DNA of 52,330 nucleotides, filler included, from Bipalium vagum (lineage: Eukaryota), in NCBI GenBank assembly GCA_037834085.1. It is 3 parts of 3 records of this genome, joined end to end, with 100 filler letters (N's around TTAATTAATTAA, not from the genome) between each part and the next. Parts side by side here need not be neighbours in the genome. Positions count along the whole stretch, not along the records: positions 1 to 16,009 come from JBBMKC010132935.1; positions 16,110 to 35,241 come from JBBMKC010009647.1; 1 more part is not named here. One strand, given 5' to 3'. The translations under genes and the position numbers were made by a program. The notes under the pieces are model-generated. The model saw only the letters and a list, made by a program, of their open reading frames with translations, ran no database searches and had not been told where the DNA came from. Positions 13,270 to 34,532 of the stretch are shown in pieces. Position 1 is the first letter of the stretch. Each line of letters starts with the position of its first letter.

Positions 13270-13937
13270 TCCACAAGAAATCGATCTGTATTGCATTTAT
13301 TTAGATTCTTTAAAGATTTCAGTGGTACGTTTTCTTAACAGATCATGAGATAACAAGTTAACCATTTCACGCTCCTTACAAGTGAGATAATAATAAAAAA
13401 TTGTATCAAGAAATATTGCATTTGCTGTGCAATTTCTTATGAGACCTGATATGAATATTTAAAATAGCATTTTTCAAAGGCATCTTGAAGATACCAAAAG
13501 CTCTTCCAGATCTTGATCTTTCTGGAATTAATTTTTTAACTTTTAATTAATAATGTTTATGCTACTGTTACATTATTTCCAAGTAGAAGCTCTTTGAATA
13601 ATTATTCGAATTTCTCTATTCACATAATGACAAAAATTTCAACGTGAATGAGCACCAATCAGAAATTTAAATAATTTTTATATTAAAACAAAATTCAAAA
13701 TTGCTGGATTTTGAGTTTAATGAAATGTTTCGTATCATTTTATATTGATTTTATGAACTTTGATAACGGAGTTCTTAGCAAAATTTCGTGAAAATAATTA
13801 TTTATGATTTTATTATCATTCTGTGATATATTTATAGAGACGATTTATTCATTTACACAATGTATTCACATATTTTAAAACATAATGTAACTTAATTAAA
13901 GTTTTCAAATTTAATTCATTATATACTTTATTATATA

Positions 13938-15338
13938 CACTTTCTCCAATAATTATCCGTGCGATTATGTTGCAAATAATAAAATAACATTTAAGGAAAA
14001 AATTGTTAGAATTTTTTTCAAAGGCTATTGTTTCTAAGTATAATAACCAATGCATCATATTTCAAAATCAATAAGAGGATGAAAAAATAGTTTGTTTTAA
14101 AAATATAAGCATAATTCTTTGAAAAGTTTGAAAATAAGTGACACAAAAAATATCCGTAAGAATATATTTGTTAAACAGACAAACAATTAGTAACAAAATT
14201 TTGTTCTTAATAATTTCGGCTGTATGTTACGGGTCTTTGTCATGTTTGAATTTAACGTCAGTCTCAAGACTCAGATGATGGACAGATTTCAACAAATTAT
14301 CTTTTAAAATTTTTAAATAACCTTGCTTATACGTTATTCCATCGATGAAGACTAAATTTCCACCTCCGAAACTTGAGAAACATCCTCGGATCATAATCGA
14401 TCCATTAGCATGCTTCACCGTCATACTAAGGCATTCTAATTTTATTTCTTCTCCCGGATTTTGCCAAAGATTAGCCTTTCTATCCGACCAAGAAACGTTA
14501 AATTTACATTCAACAGACCAAAGGACTATTCCAGTCGGTTGAATGTTTCAGAAGTTCTTTGACCCATGTAACACGTGTTTTCAGACTATTCTTTGAAATT
14601 AATGGTATTTTCGTCCTATCCTCACATGAAACCCTATCTCTGAAAAACGATTTCTCACTGTTGACGGGGAAATTGATATGTCGTTGTCTTTTTAAATTTC
14701 TATGCTTAATTTTTCGGCTGATATCCTTCGATTTTTCATCATAATTCTTTGAATTATTCTATCTTCTCTAATTGTTATTAGTCTTAGCATTCCTCGCCCA
14801 GTACTAGTATTTACGCTGCTATCACGAGAAAACTTTTCCAGAATATACTGGACGCTAGATTTTGGACGTTTAAGATGTCTGATATCTGGTGAACACTAAA
14901 ATTTTCTTTGCTACATGTAAAAACGAGATTTCGGAAGTCTGTAGAGTATTTTTTGTCTTTGGACCTATTCAAATAATCAATTTAGAAATCCTATGAAAAC
15001 TTTGTAAAGCTATATAAATTAAAAATCTCCAACTTTATTTATACAAATAAAACGTTTAAACAATAATTTTTTAAGATTTAACCTAAATATAATGCTATTT
15101 CTATAAAAGGTTAAGGTCGTATGGATAATTATTGTTTATTAATAATCAGAAAAAAATTCTAATTTAGAAAATTTAGAAATTTTCATTATTAAAAATCTAC
15201 ATCAATCTTTATAAATAAGCGCATTAATAATGATAGTATTATAAACACAAAAAATTTTAAAAATCCATTGATTTTCTTTTAAAAATTTATGTTTCAAACA
15301 TTTATGTATAATCGTGTGGATAATTATTGGAGTAAGTG
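13938..15338 (-). mobile_element. Tc1-family DNA transposon with TIRs and TA target-site duplication (defective)
   Basis: Left end TA|cactttctccaataattatccgtgcgattat and right end ataatcgtgtggataattattggagtaagtg|TA are inverted repeats. Internal 14227-14424 reads TVKHANGSIMIRGCFS..LVFIDG..YLKILKDNL..FKHDKDP, a Tc1 catalytic-domain fragment. Confidence 0.85.
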
Positions 15339-15938
15339 TATTTTTTTTACTTAATGTGTAAATTGTGCAGAAAATAAGTTATTACCGATATCAATATTTA
15401 ATGTAAAATATTGAATTTTATAATTAATAAAAAAATCTTAATAGTATATATTGAGAATTATTTTACACACATTTTTCTTGAAATGCTTTTCTTTTTAAAT
15501 TTTCTTTCATATTTTTTCTGATTATCATTTAAGCAATAATATAAAATTAAGAATTTTTTGAAAATAAGAAATATTTCTCCTAGATTTTTATAAATATTTC
15601 CATCTATGGTACAATTAAAACTTGAAGATTTTATCATGTATAATAATTAAAAGTGAAGTATTATAATCAAAGAAAAAACGAAAATATTATTTATTTTTGT
15701 TGATTTGGCAATATTTTAAAAAAATATATTAGTAAAATTTTCGAAATAGCTTTATAATTTTATAAATTATCAAATATAGCTAATATTTGAAAAAAATAAT
15801 TAAATATAATATTATGTTTGAAACTATAATAATAATTAATATTAATTATATAATTCAAATTTTAATGTAAAATTCAAGTAAATTAATACTAAAATATAAT
15901 TATTTATTAATTAATAATAAAATCTTGATAATAACTAC

Positions 15939-16009
<71 letters not shown>
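15939..16009. repeat. (AAT)n microsatellite at a contig end
   Basis: Perfect AAT run abutting the N linker. Confidence 0.95.
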
Positions 16010-16109
16010 NNNNNNNNNNNNNNNNNNNNNNNNNNNNNNNNNNNNNNNNNNNNTTAATTAATTAANNNNNNNNNNNNNNNNNNNNNNNNNNNNNNNNNNN
16101 NNNNNNNNN
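16010..16109. other. Artificial contig linker (44N-TTAATTAATTAA-44N)
   Basis: Palindromic 12-mer with stops in all six frames, centred in N. An identical structure occurs at 35242-35341. Confidence 0.92.
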
Positions 16110-16339
16110 AATACAATTTTTGAAATAAAAATCTAAAAATAAAAATTTTAATTTAGAAATGTTGAAAATCATTATTTGACATATTTAGCGAAAAAAAATT
16201 TTAAAACAAAATTTTTACATTGAGAAAAATTGACATTTTTACTGTTGTCAAAAAATTTGCACATCAGTATACTTTGTTAAGTAATCTTAAAGCCCAATTT
16301 CGATATTTTTAGCTTAAAATCAGTCACTTCTTAGGAACT

Positions 16340-17530
16340 TAACAATAAAGCAAATACCTTTATGATGACAACACGGAAGTCAATTACTCCACAATTTCAA
16401 AAGTTGATTAATTTTCTACGTAGTTTGGATATGAAAATGGGATACAGAAAATGAAGTAAACACCAAAATACGAATATGTTATTAAGAACAACTTTTAATC
16501 AGTGCTCACAATGTTTATTACAGTTAAAAGATGCTATTTGAGAAAAGCATGTGTTAAATACGTTAGAATTAAAAAAAAGAGTAATATTGCTCAATGGCAA
16601 AATAATACTCTAGAGATATTAGGAATTAAAGAAGTTATCAAAAGTAATACAAAAGGAAAGTTTACAAATTTCTTAGTGGATGTAATGAAAAATGAAAAAT
16701 TGTGGATACCAGAAGAGAAATCTAAGGATTCCCTGGAATAGATATCACAAAAAAAATTCATATGATGGAGCGGAGAAAGTGCCCAGATATGTAACATCAA
16801 ACTTTGATGAAATTGTGGGAATACTAATGATATGAGAGAAGTTATAAAGTAATGAGATAATTTTCAAAGATCGAGAACATTGATAGCTGTATCTGAGACA
16901 ATGATGAAATTTTTGGAATCAAAACTGTTTAAAACTATTATGATTTCTCTTTTAGGAAAATAATATATTTTAGCCATCACTGATCTACACAAGATTTACT
17001 AAATTAATCTCGATTCCAAGACAAGATGACCGAACAATAATAAGTTAAATCCAGAATTAATGTGTTATGATGCTTTGAGCTCCTCAAAAAAACTATGTAG
17101 ATTGTGGAAAAGGTTTAACTCAAGGTCAACAAAACGTTCAGAGAAGGTATGAATACCAAAGTGTATTTTTCCAGTCATTATCACCACCGGGCAAACGAGT
17201 TAATCCAATCAATTTCGGACTGTAAGGTTTCTGCTTGTGGCATCTCTTAAAGAAGAAAATTCTCATAGTTTGGATATTATATTTCAAGAGGTTGAAAAAT
17301 TACTATCAGTACATTACAAAAAAGAATTTACAGGGTATGAAATCGGTACTAGGAACTACTCGAAGACATTTTAAAATTGGAGAATAATTCCTTTTAAAAC
17401 TGAAACAGAGAAAGAAAAATTTAAAGGTTCCTTGAAATTTCATGACAGAGGTTATTACCTTAGAGATAACCATGGTCGAGAATTTTAGAAATGTGGCGAA
17501 GGTACGGTTTTTTCATAAAGGAAGGGGATA
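16340..17530 (+). mobile_element. Second degenerate Ty3/gypsy fragment (RNase H end to integrase), same family as 9990-12265
   Basis: Shared nucleotide blocks: caattactccacaatt(t/c)caaaag at 16381 and 11393; ttccaagacaaga at about 17015 and 12011; ggactgtaa at about 17217 and 12198. Confidence 0.75.
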
Positions 17531-17859
17531 TGAACATTAAAAAATTAGCAAATAGTTGTTGATATTTAATTACTTCATAATTGAAATTGTTTTAATTTTT
17601 GAGAAATTTTAAAAGATGATTTGTCTTTTTGAAAGAGTTAAGCTCAATTGAAGCTCACAGTCATTTAAGAAAAATGTCAATTAAAAATACTTAAACTGCA
17701 CAGTTCAAATTACACTGCGGAACTTAGCTTTCTTGAATTAAACCCATCTAGAGCAACAAAAAATTATAATCGTAAACAATTATAACTAATCTTATATTTA
17801 TATATGATTATTATTTTGCGTGAAAATTTATTTAAGTATTTTCAATATTTCTTGTAGAG

Positions 17860-18340
17860 TCTGTATTTTTTTTTGAAACACCACATCTCATCGTCAGTTA
17901 TTATTGAGTCAATATTATCTGAACTGTTTTCAACAGTGTTGAGGAGATCTTTACAATATTCAACACGAGTTGTTTTTTTCGTCTTCATTTAATGCATGAG
18001 GAACAAAATTGGCACCAACCTGTCTTTTACCAAAATCTTTCATCAAAATTACCCAAATGGTAAAGACAGTTGTACATAATTCTTCTGCTAAATTTCATAG
18101 TCATTTTACCATCAGAAACAATGATTTCACGTACTTTTTCCACCAAATGTGGATGATTTTCCAGGCTTTTCATTTTAATATCAATCATCACGATCATTTT
18201 AAAATCGTGTAAACCATGTATAAACTTGTGTACAAGGCCTGTAATCATCACCATAAACGTTTTTGCAGCAATGCAAAGGCCTCAAATATTTTTCTCGATT
18301 TTAAAAGAAAATGTAATAGTTGCTCTTTGTTCCAATGTAA
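17860..18340 (-). mobile_element. mariner transposase fragment
   Basis: The minus strand reads VGANFVPHALNED..TRVEYCKDLL..DSIITDDEMWCF, matching the WVPHEL and ITGDETW motifs. Confidence 0.75.
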
Positions 18341-19162
18341 ATCTATGGCATAATCATAATATATACATTTATTTAAATGCAAATAGAATTCAAACTTGTT
18401 ATCCGAATAAAATAAATTTTGATGATTTTTCAAAGATCAATGGTGTAGTTTTAAATTAAAGATTAATTTAAACAAATGAAACTGTTAGTATATGATTTAA
18501 ATAAAAATCTCGGTTACTTATATAATAAAACGTGCACATTATCATGTAATGTTTTGAAAAAGATAACGAGGTTTAATTGATATTATTCTTATTAAACGTT
18601 TAATGATAATATTTAATTGGTTTTTCGCAGCAGCTTACTCTCAGGAAAGATAAAAAGACATAATGGGTTAATAATTATATTAACAATTACCGGTGTCTAC
18701 CAGGAAGGTTAACTTTTAATCGACCTATTATTATTAAAAGGTACCATTTGTGCTACAAAATATAGTTCATATTTTGTAGATCAAGTGTTGATATTGACAT
18801 TAATAGATATGACATATATATTAACAATTGTATCAGTTTTATAATTATACTCTTTGAAGCTTTATATAAAAAGTAATAATTATGATAATATAAATTATAA
18901 TTTGAACCTTGTACAGATAGTACTTTAAGGATGAATATAAATAATATTAATTTCAAATTATAATTTTATCAAAATTAGCGTAACTTTTTAATCGTTTAAA
19001 CTAATTTCTTTAATTACTGAAGGTTAAACAATTAGTTTCGATTTTAATATTTTCATTAATATTTATATTTTCAATTTTCAATTGTACTCATAAATTGAAG
19101 GTTAACTAATTAATTGTCAAAATTATGAATTTATTAAATGTATTAAATTTAGGTAGAATCTC

Positions 19163-28020
<8,858 letters not shown>

Positions 28021-29605
28021 ATAACAATATTGGTGTTTATTATTTGTTAAGGTAACCCAACTGTGCAATTACCATTTTGTTTTCCATTGTCCAATTTTGT
28101 TCTTATGTGGACGTTCGTATAATCCATGTTGTCTATTTTGTGATTTATTATTACCAATATTTAATTTTTAAATTTATTGTAACGTCTATTTTCAGAATTT
28201 TCTCTAGATTTTTCTGTATATTTTTTGTGATCAATTGTTCAGTGAATTCGTGTTAATTTTAATACAAGTTTAATTTTAAATTTTTTTTTAATTTACATTT
28301 TTGAAATTTGAGATTTTACTAAATTTATTCGAATTTTATTAGAGTTATTTCGCTTATTTATTATTATTAATGTTATCATTACATTATTATAATAGTTATT
28401 ACTGACTCCTTCAAGGTCCTCTATGTTGTTAAATAAAATCTTGGGAGGTGTCCTTGGACGAACCAAACGCGTGTCTACAATTTATATTTTTAAAAATTAA
28501 ATATTTGTAGGATTCTCCAAAGTTACTACCCAGTTTTAAAAATGCATAAGGATAAAAATAAGGATTACTATAAGGCCACCTGATAATTAATAATAATAAT
28601 TTTTACTATTATACTTTAAACTGAAAAGTAACTTTTATTCGAAAATCAATAACTTCTCACTTTCTCTATATATACCCAAAAACTATAAGCTCTTTTTCAG
28701 AATTAATTTTACTTTTTTTACATTCAACTTAAAAGCGTTTATATTATTGAGGGGTTTACAAATGATTTTTAAAGAAATTGTCATGTATTTTTAAACCCAT
28801 TTCTGTTTATACTTTAATTAGTATGTTTAAATACACTAATAATTTTAATAAAGATTGCCCCGAATTACGACCTGACAAGGTACAATCTAGTGATTCTGAT
28901 GAGTATTGGTCCATTTTCTGAAAATTTACATTTTTTGATAATTTATTTCTTTTAAAACATTAACTTTGAGTTTTTCTATACTAGATATTAACCAAAACAC
29001 ACTAATCCGACTTCTTTACTTTTAATATAGCTAAGTTCAATTACAGTTCTATGAGCAAATAAAATCACACAGTAACACACCATAACCTACTCGTCAATTA
29101 ATAGTGACAATGCGCAATAAGATATTAAGATTATTCAAAATAGTACCAAATCAATTACAACAGAAGGCAATTATGCAAAAATCACACATCAACCAATTCG
29201 ACTTTGAATATAACGCTGATGGTTATGTTCTCTCCGTCATGAAACCCTAAACAATAAAAGATCTGTAGGTATAAAAATAATGCAAATTCAGTTACATTGC
29301 ATTCAATATTTAAATAAATTGTACAAGTAAAAACTGCTGAAATAGCTGGCGACACTATCTCTGACATGTACACGTTTTAAAAGTCGGAAGTTATAAAAAT
29401 ATTTTTATGCTATGAAAAAAAATTAATTTTTTTCGAGTTTGCCACAGCCAATCTTTTAAAATGACTTAAATGGAAAATAAAATGAGCAAAGCAAAATATG
29501 ATTTTTATTTTTATTATGTAAAGGGCTGTACAAAAGAGAAATTGGAGTAAATTTGATATTGTACTTGAGATAAATAAAGCACAGCGCTCTGATTTATTAT
29601 TATTA

Positions 29606-32600
29606 TTATTGTTGCGTTGGTAACTTAAGACCAAACCAGTCTTGCTCGACAGGCTTGCCGATCCACAATCCGAAATCCTGCTTATCGAAGAATTTGTAGA
29701 GAGCGATTTTCTTCTTCTGATAATTCGCTGATCCCAACGCGTAATCAGCCGAGCTAGATAGTGACTTCATTTCGCTGTACTCGTAGAATCCGGACTCGGA
29801 ATTCAGATAGGCTGTCCACTTGAAGATGGAAAGAAAGGATTGGAACAGATTTCTTTTGCACAGTCGTGACGGAGCATCATCGACCTTGATTCCCTTCGCA
29901 GTGGAGATGATCTCCAGGTCTTCTCCTATCATCCAGTTTACACTAAAATTCGAAGCGCTCAGATTATCAGACAACACAGCCAAGAAGTCTTTTCCGTACC
30001 TGAAGTTTGAGGCCTTGCCCGGACAGCGTTCTTCTGGCTCTGTCACTGTTAAAATGTGTGGCTTATTGACCATAAAATTATTGACACTATCCATGGCAAT
30101 CTTTAGTTCTCCCTGTTCCACGTCCTCGTTCGGTCGGGGCTGTCCATTTGAACCACATTCTTTCCACCAGTCTTCCTCTAGTGTCACACCTTGTGCTCTT
30201 TCATACAAGGCACGTTCCAGGTGTTCCTGGTGAAACAATGATCCTATAGTCAAACTGTCCATATAGATTGGATGCGAAAGAACGTTGCTCAACAAGGCTC
30301 CCTGGAAAATATTGCTTTCAATTTCAATCAAAGGACTTTTATTCTTTTATATACGATATTGTATCAATAATTAAATATTAATATAAATAAATAAAGTATA
30401 ATAATATAAATTTCATTAATATAAAATCAATAATAAAAAAAATTAAAGTCTAGTCTTTTAAGAGACTTGATGGGGATTTTGTAAATGGTTTCAGATACTT
30501 AATAATCATTATAATCATCAATGTAAAGTCAGATTATCAGATCACCATTTGCACTCTACACCTGAATCATATTAATATTTCATTGGTATATGATTTTCAG
30601 AAAATACATTTCTCACTCCATAAAGGAAACCCATTAAACTAATGCAAAGGAAAATTGACCAAGTAAGAATATTATTTTATTAATATAATCCTTAATTTTC
30701 AAGTAATTGGATGGTATGTGTTATTATTACTCTATCGCCATAAGTGCCATGTAATCACTGGATTTGGTCTCATAATAGGGACAAACCAATCATCCTTTAT
30801 GAAGGCATAAAGAATTGTTCGGTCCTAGCTAGAAACAATATCTAATCCTTCAGTAGGAATAAATTACTGCATGATAAAAATGCCTTACATTCTGATCTCT
30901 TATACCCCGGGGGCTAGACTAAATTTAAAAATTCACTTTTAAATACCGACAATTGCTTACTTATTTTCAATTAGCGTTTGTGACCGCATTATATCGATAA
31001 AATGTCGAAAACGTGTTAAAAACAAAATACGTAACATACATTTTAAGTCAAATTAAAAAAATATTCCTTCGATTTTAAAAACTATATTTGTCAGTTACAA
31101 ATAAAAAAGTTTTGAAACTCATCTCAGAGACACCTCATGCTTTGGTAAATTTAATAAGTAAAAGCAATATAATAATAAAAGCAAAATACGCAGAAAAATC
31201 TGACCAACCTGCATTCCAAGCACATTCCATACGCAGACCTTGTCGGAACAAGACATTGTCAATAGCCTCTCGCCACCCAGGATTCCGTCCCACGTTTGAA
31301 TGTGCTTCACTTTGATGGGAATGGTTCCTTCTCCTATAATCGTTTAAGTAACAACTTAATGGATAATTTCATCTTGATTTTCTATACCGCATTCGATTTT
31401 TGTTCGAAGAAGGCCACGATTTTTCCGATTAGGGTGCAAGTCTTCATTTGATTCGTCAAGCAAAGACTCTTCTTCATAGTCTTCCATTAGGTTGGAATTG
31501 ATGCCCTGAGGAAGAAATATTCTTGAATCTCCACATGGAGGACTGCTAATGTACAAATGAAATTTGACATCGTCTTTAACACGATAAACCAAGTCACAAC
31601 CTGTAAGACAGCAATAATTAATTAATAATAGCAATCATTAATGAAAATACAAAGGCTGTCCAGACAAATTTTGAATGCCAATTAGATACTTGTAATGGCC
31701 ATGTAAAAATTGAACTCAATTTGAAATCTATCGATTTAACTGTTGAAATACTTATTAATTTTCAATTCAGAACTGATTAGAAAAATCTATATTTTAATAT
31801 AACTTAAATTTCAGACATTCAAAATTAATCAAGCAATAATCAATGAATAAGTTTTCTGAAACTTTTTCATTCGAAAAAAGAATTTTTTTAGAGATAATTA
31901 TTTTTTGAACAAGAAATCGAAAATATTATCAGGGAACAGTATTTTAATAGAATTGTTTAAATAAAATAAATATGAAATTTTCTAACCACTCTTTTTTACT
32001 CACCTTGTTCTAATTGTTCAATAATATCACAACCAAACATTTCACCATGTAAAGGGTTTTCTTTACAATATTGCAATCGATTAATCAATTTTAAAATAAA
32101 AAATTGCAAAGCTCTCTTAGATATCACTTCTGCATGGCAGTCATTGATAACCAGTCCTTCTGAATTGATCTCACTGCCAGATAAACATTTTGTTCCCGAA
32201 CTGATCGCAATTAACTTCAATATCTCTCCCGACTCGTCAGGATTCAATTGCCAACCTGTGTGAGTGCTGAACATTTCAGGATCGATATTGGGCTGGGGAT
32301 TCACACAATATTGGGGGAAAACGACTTTTAGTTTCCTGCTCATGACAATGCCGGCTAGAACTTTTCGTTTGGAATACTGTACATCAAGCGTGCTCACCAA
32401 TTTTTCGAATCCATTTTTCACCATGCTCTGCAAGAAATTCGAGAAATTTTTCTGGCGGTATTGAGGGATTGCTGTTCAGAAATAAAGGGAACAATTAGAT
32501 TTCACAAAAAATAAAATGGAAAACTCAACTGGAATCCTCAGCTTCCTGAGGTTGATCTATAGGAAGATTAACGGAATCCTCGTCGGCTTTCTTTGCTGAA

Positions 32601-34077
32601 ATGAAAAACTTTGATAAGCAAAAATGAAATAAACGTTTACAATTGTTCTCTGAAAATAGAATTTTGAAGACTTTTTGCAGAATCTTAATAGCTACTTCTC
32701 GCTTCGCGGCTTTTTTACTGGTACCCATACCCTGAAACAGCAATGCAAAATTTACTGAGTATAAAAATAGTAGACTGTGAAAATTTTTGTTAATTTAACT
32801 TATTTCTCAATATAACACATTATCAATAATATAGACAATTAAATACCATTCGAAGAAAATTTCAAACAATTTATCAATTATTAAGAAACTATATCTTTTG
32901 TGTACAAATAAGTTTTTAAGCGATTTTTTGAGAAGTTTCAACATTTATAAAAAAATATGAAAAGGTTAGTCTTCAAAATAATCACCGCTATTGTCTATCA
33001 TCTTATGCTATTTTCAGACAAAAAATGAGTTCCAGCAACAACAAAAAGTTGATCTTTTGACTTGAAATCATTAACTCATTTTCGAATTTCATCAACCATT
33101 CGGAAACGTATACAATAGATGAATTCCGCGTTTTAAAAAAGACATCAATTGTAATTTAAGAAAATATATTTGATAAAGAAAATGTTTGCAATGTTGATGA
33201 GAACACATTACATTATAAGTACATTTCCAGTAAGAGTTTTGTCAAAAAGATTGATGCTTTTAAAGGAATCAAGCAGAATAAAGAAATGATTTTTTTTAAG
33301 TGTTATCAAGTCAGGTGAAAAACTATATCATTTTATAATTGGGAAATGAAAAAATTAGAGATACTTTAAAAAGATTAATTAACAAATTTTTTGAGATTAA
33401 TAATACAAATGAAATTTTTAGTTCCCGGGTTGTATACATTTTTATTAACTTCTTACTTTAAATACAAATCCTCTGAAAGATACGTGACAACAATAGCCAT
33501 CTTCTTTAAGAGTAAAGTTGTATATGAGATCTCGAATTTTTTCATTAAGAATTCTAACAGCTGAATCTGCCTTGAAAATTTCATTATTTTTGGTAGGTTT
33601 TGCATAAAACTGGTCAAGATTGGGCAAACTGTTATTAACTGTTGAAGATTTAACAGGGCTATCATTTACATCATTCTAACAAATCTTATAGTTTGATAAA
33701 TAATATTTAAGATAAACCTTTCCTGTTAATCGATCCATAATTTGATTGGCAATTTCGTGTTTACATATTGACTTACTTGACCCTTCACAATAAAAAATTG
33801 AACCACTAGGAATTACCTCATAAAATCCTGTGAACGGTTCACCAAATGTACAAGTAGCTCTAAATCTTTGAGGAAACATATTACTAATTTGTTCAATATT
33901 CCATCTTAATCCTTTAATTCCTATTTCATTAAGCTGCATAAGGGAATTGTTTCCGCGAGATATTACTTCATCAATTCTACTAAATTTAGCAGGAAGTTCA
34001 ATTTCTGTATTTTAATTTAAACTGATTTTGTAAAAAACATACAAACCATTATCGGTAGCTTTTCGTTTAGAAAGCAT
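29606..34077 (-). CDS. ADAR: Double-stranded RNA-specific adenosine deaminase, ADAR2-like (2 dsRBDs plus deaminase), 10 exons, 712 aa
   Basis: Minus-strand exons: 34077-34047, 34004-33718, 33675-33457, 32731-32641, 32595-32530, 32471-32004, 31600-31388, 31333-31209, 30301-30000, 29942-29606. They total 2139 nt with consistent phases. Motifs: [111 protein letters not shown]. The first exon is the least certain. Confidence 0.93.
33050..33380 (+). mobile_element. pogo/Tigger-like transposase fragment in ADAR intron 3
   Basis: Reads [40 protein letters not shown], compared with FNADETGLFYK..GEKL..IGKS..PRCFK. Confidence 0.65.
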
Positions 34078-34188
34078 CAGATTTATATTGAATTTATACT
34101 AAATTGTTTAATGAAATTTAAAATAAAAATTATTGTGAACTATTTATTAAAACAAATCCAAATGTACGTATTTGATATACTTATATTG

Positions 34189-34532
34189 CAGGGTTTCCCA
34201 ACCTGTGGGTCGCGAACCCAAATAAGTTGGGGGTTGCCAAAAATTAATTTGAAATTAAAAAAATTTAAATTATTTAAAATTGCATGTTTGTGTTTTATTA
34301 TTCATTTTGTAAAGACAATATTTCAAATATTTTAGGACATTTTTAACTTATTATCATGAAAGTATATTTATTAATTAAAAATTTTATAATAAATCACATA
34401 TCTATTTAGAGAACACAAACCATGACTAGAAAACGTGTATATAATCCAGATTATATCAAGTATGGATTTACTTCCATAACTAATAATGGAATAATAAAAC
34501 CTCAGTGTATTCTACGTAAAGTAGTTCTAAAT
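34189..34532 (+). mobile_element. hAT (Buster/ZBED5-like) 5' end with truncated BED-finger start
   Basis: Terminal sequence cagggtttcccaacctgtgggtcgcg at 34189. From ATG 34422 it reads MTRKRVYNPDYIKYGFTSITNNGIIKPQCILRKVVL. Confidence 0.75.

Noticed and set aside
16054-16065. Palindromic TTAATTAATTAA as a biological site (piggyBac TTAA or similar)
   Set aside because: It is symmetrically embedded in N runs twice, so it is an assembly linker.
29820-30233. 137-aa plus-strand ORF, and other short antisense ORFs over the four genes
   Set aside because: Shadow frames of real exons with no independent motifs.
34041-34042. Stronger-looking donor gtatgt for ADAR exon 1
   Set aside because: It puts the next exon out of frame with an immediate TGA; the donor at 34046 keeps the frame.
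29606-34077. ADAT1 or ADAD identity for the deaminase
   Set aside because: Two dsRBDs plus intact CHAE, HPNRK.RG.LRTKIE.GEG and QTWDG motifs fit the ADAR2 type.
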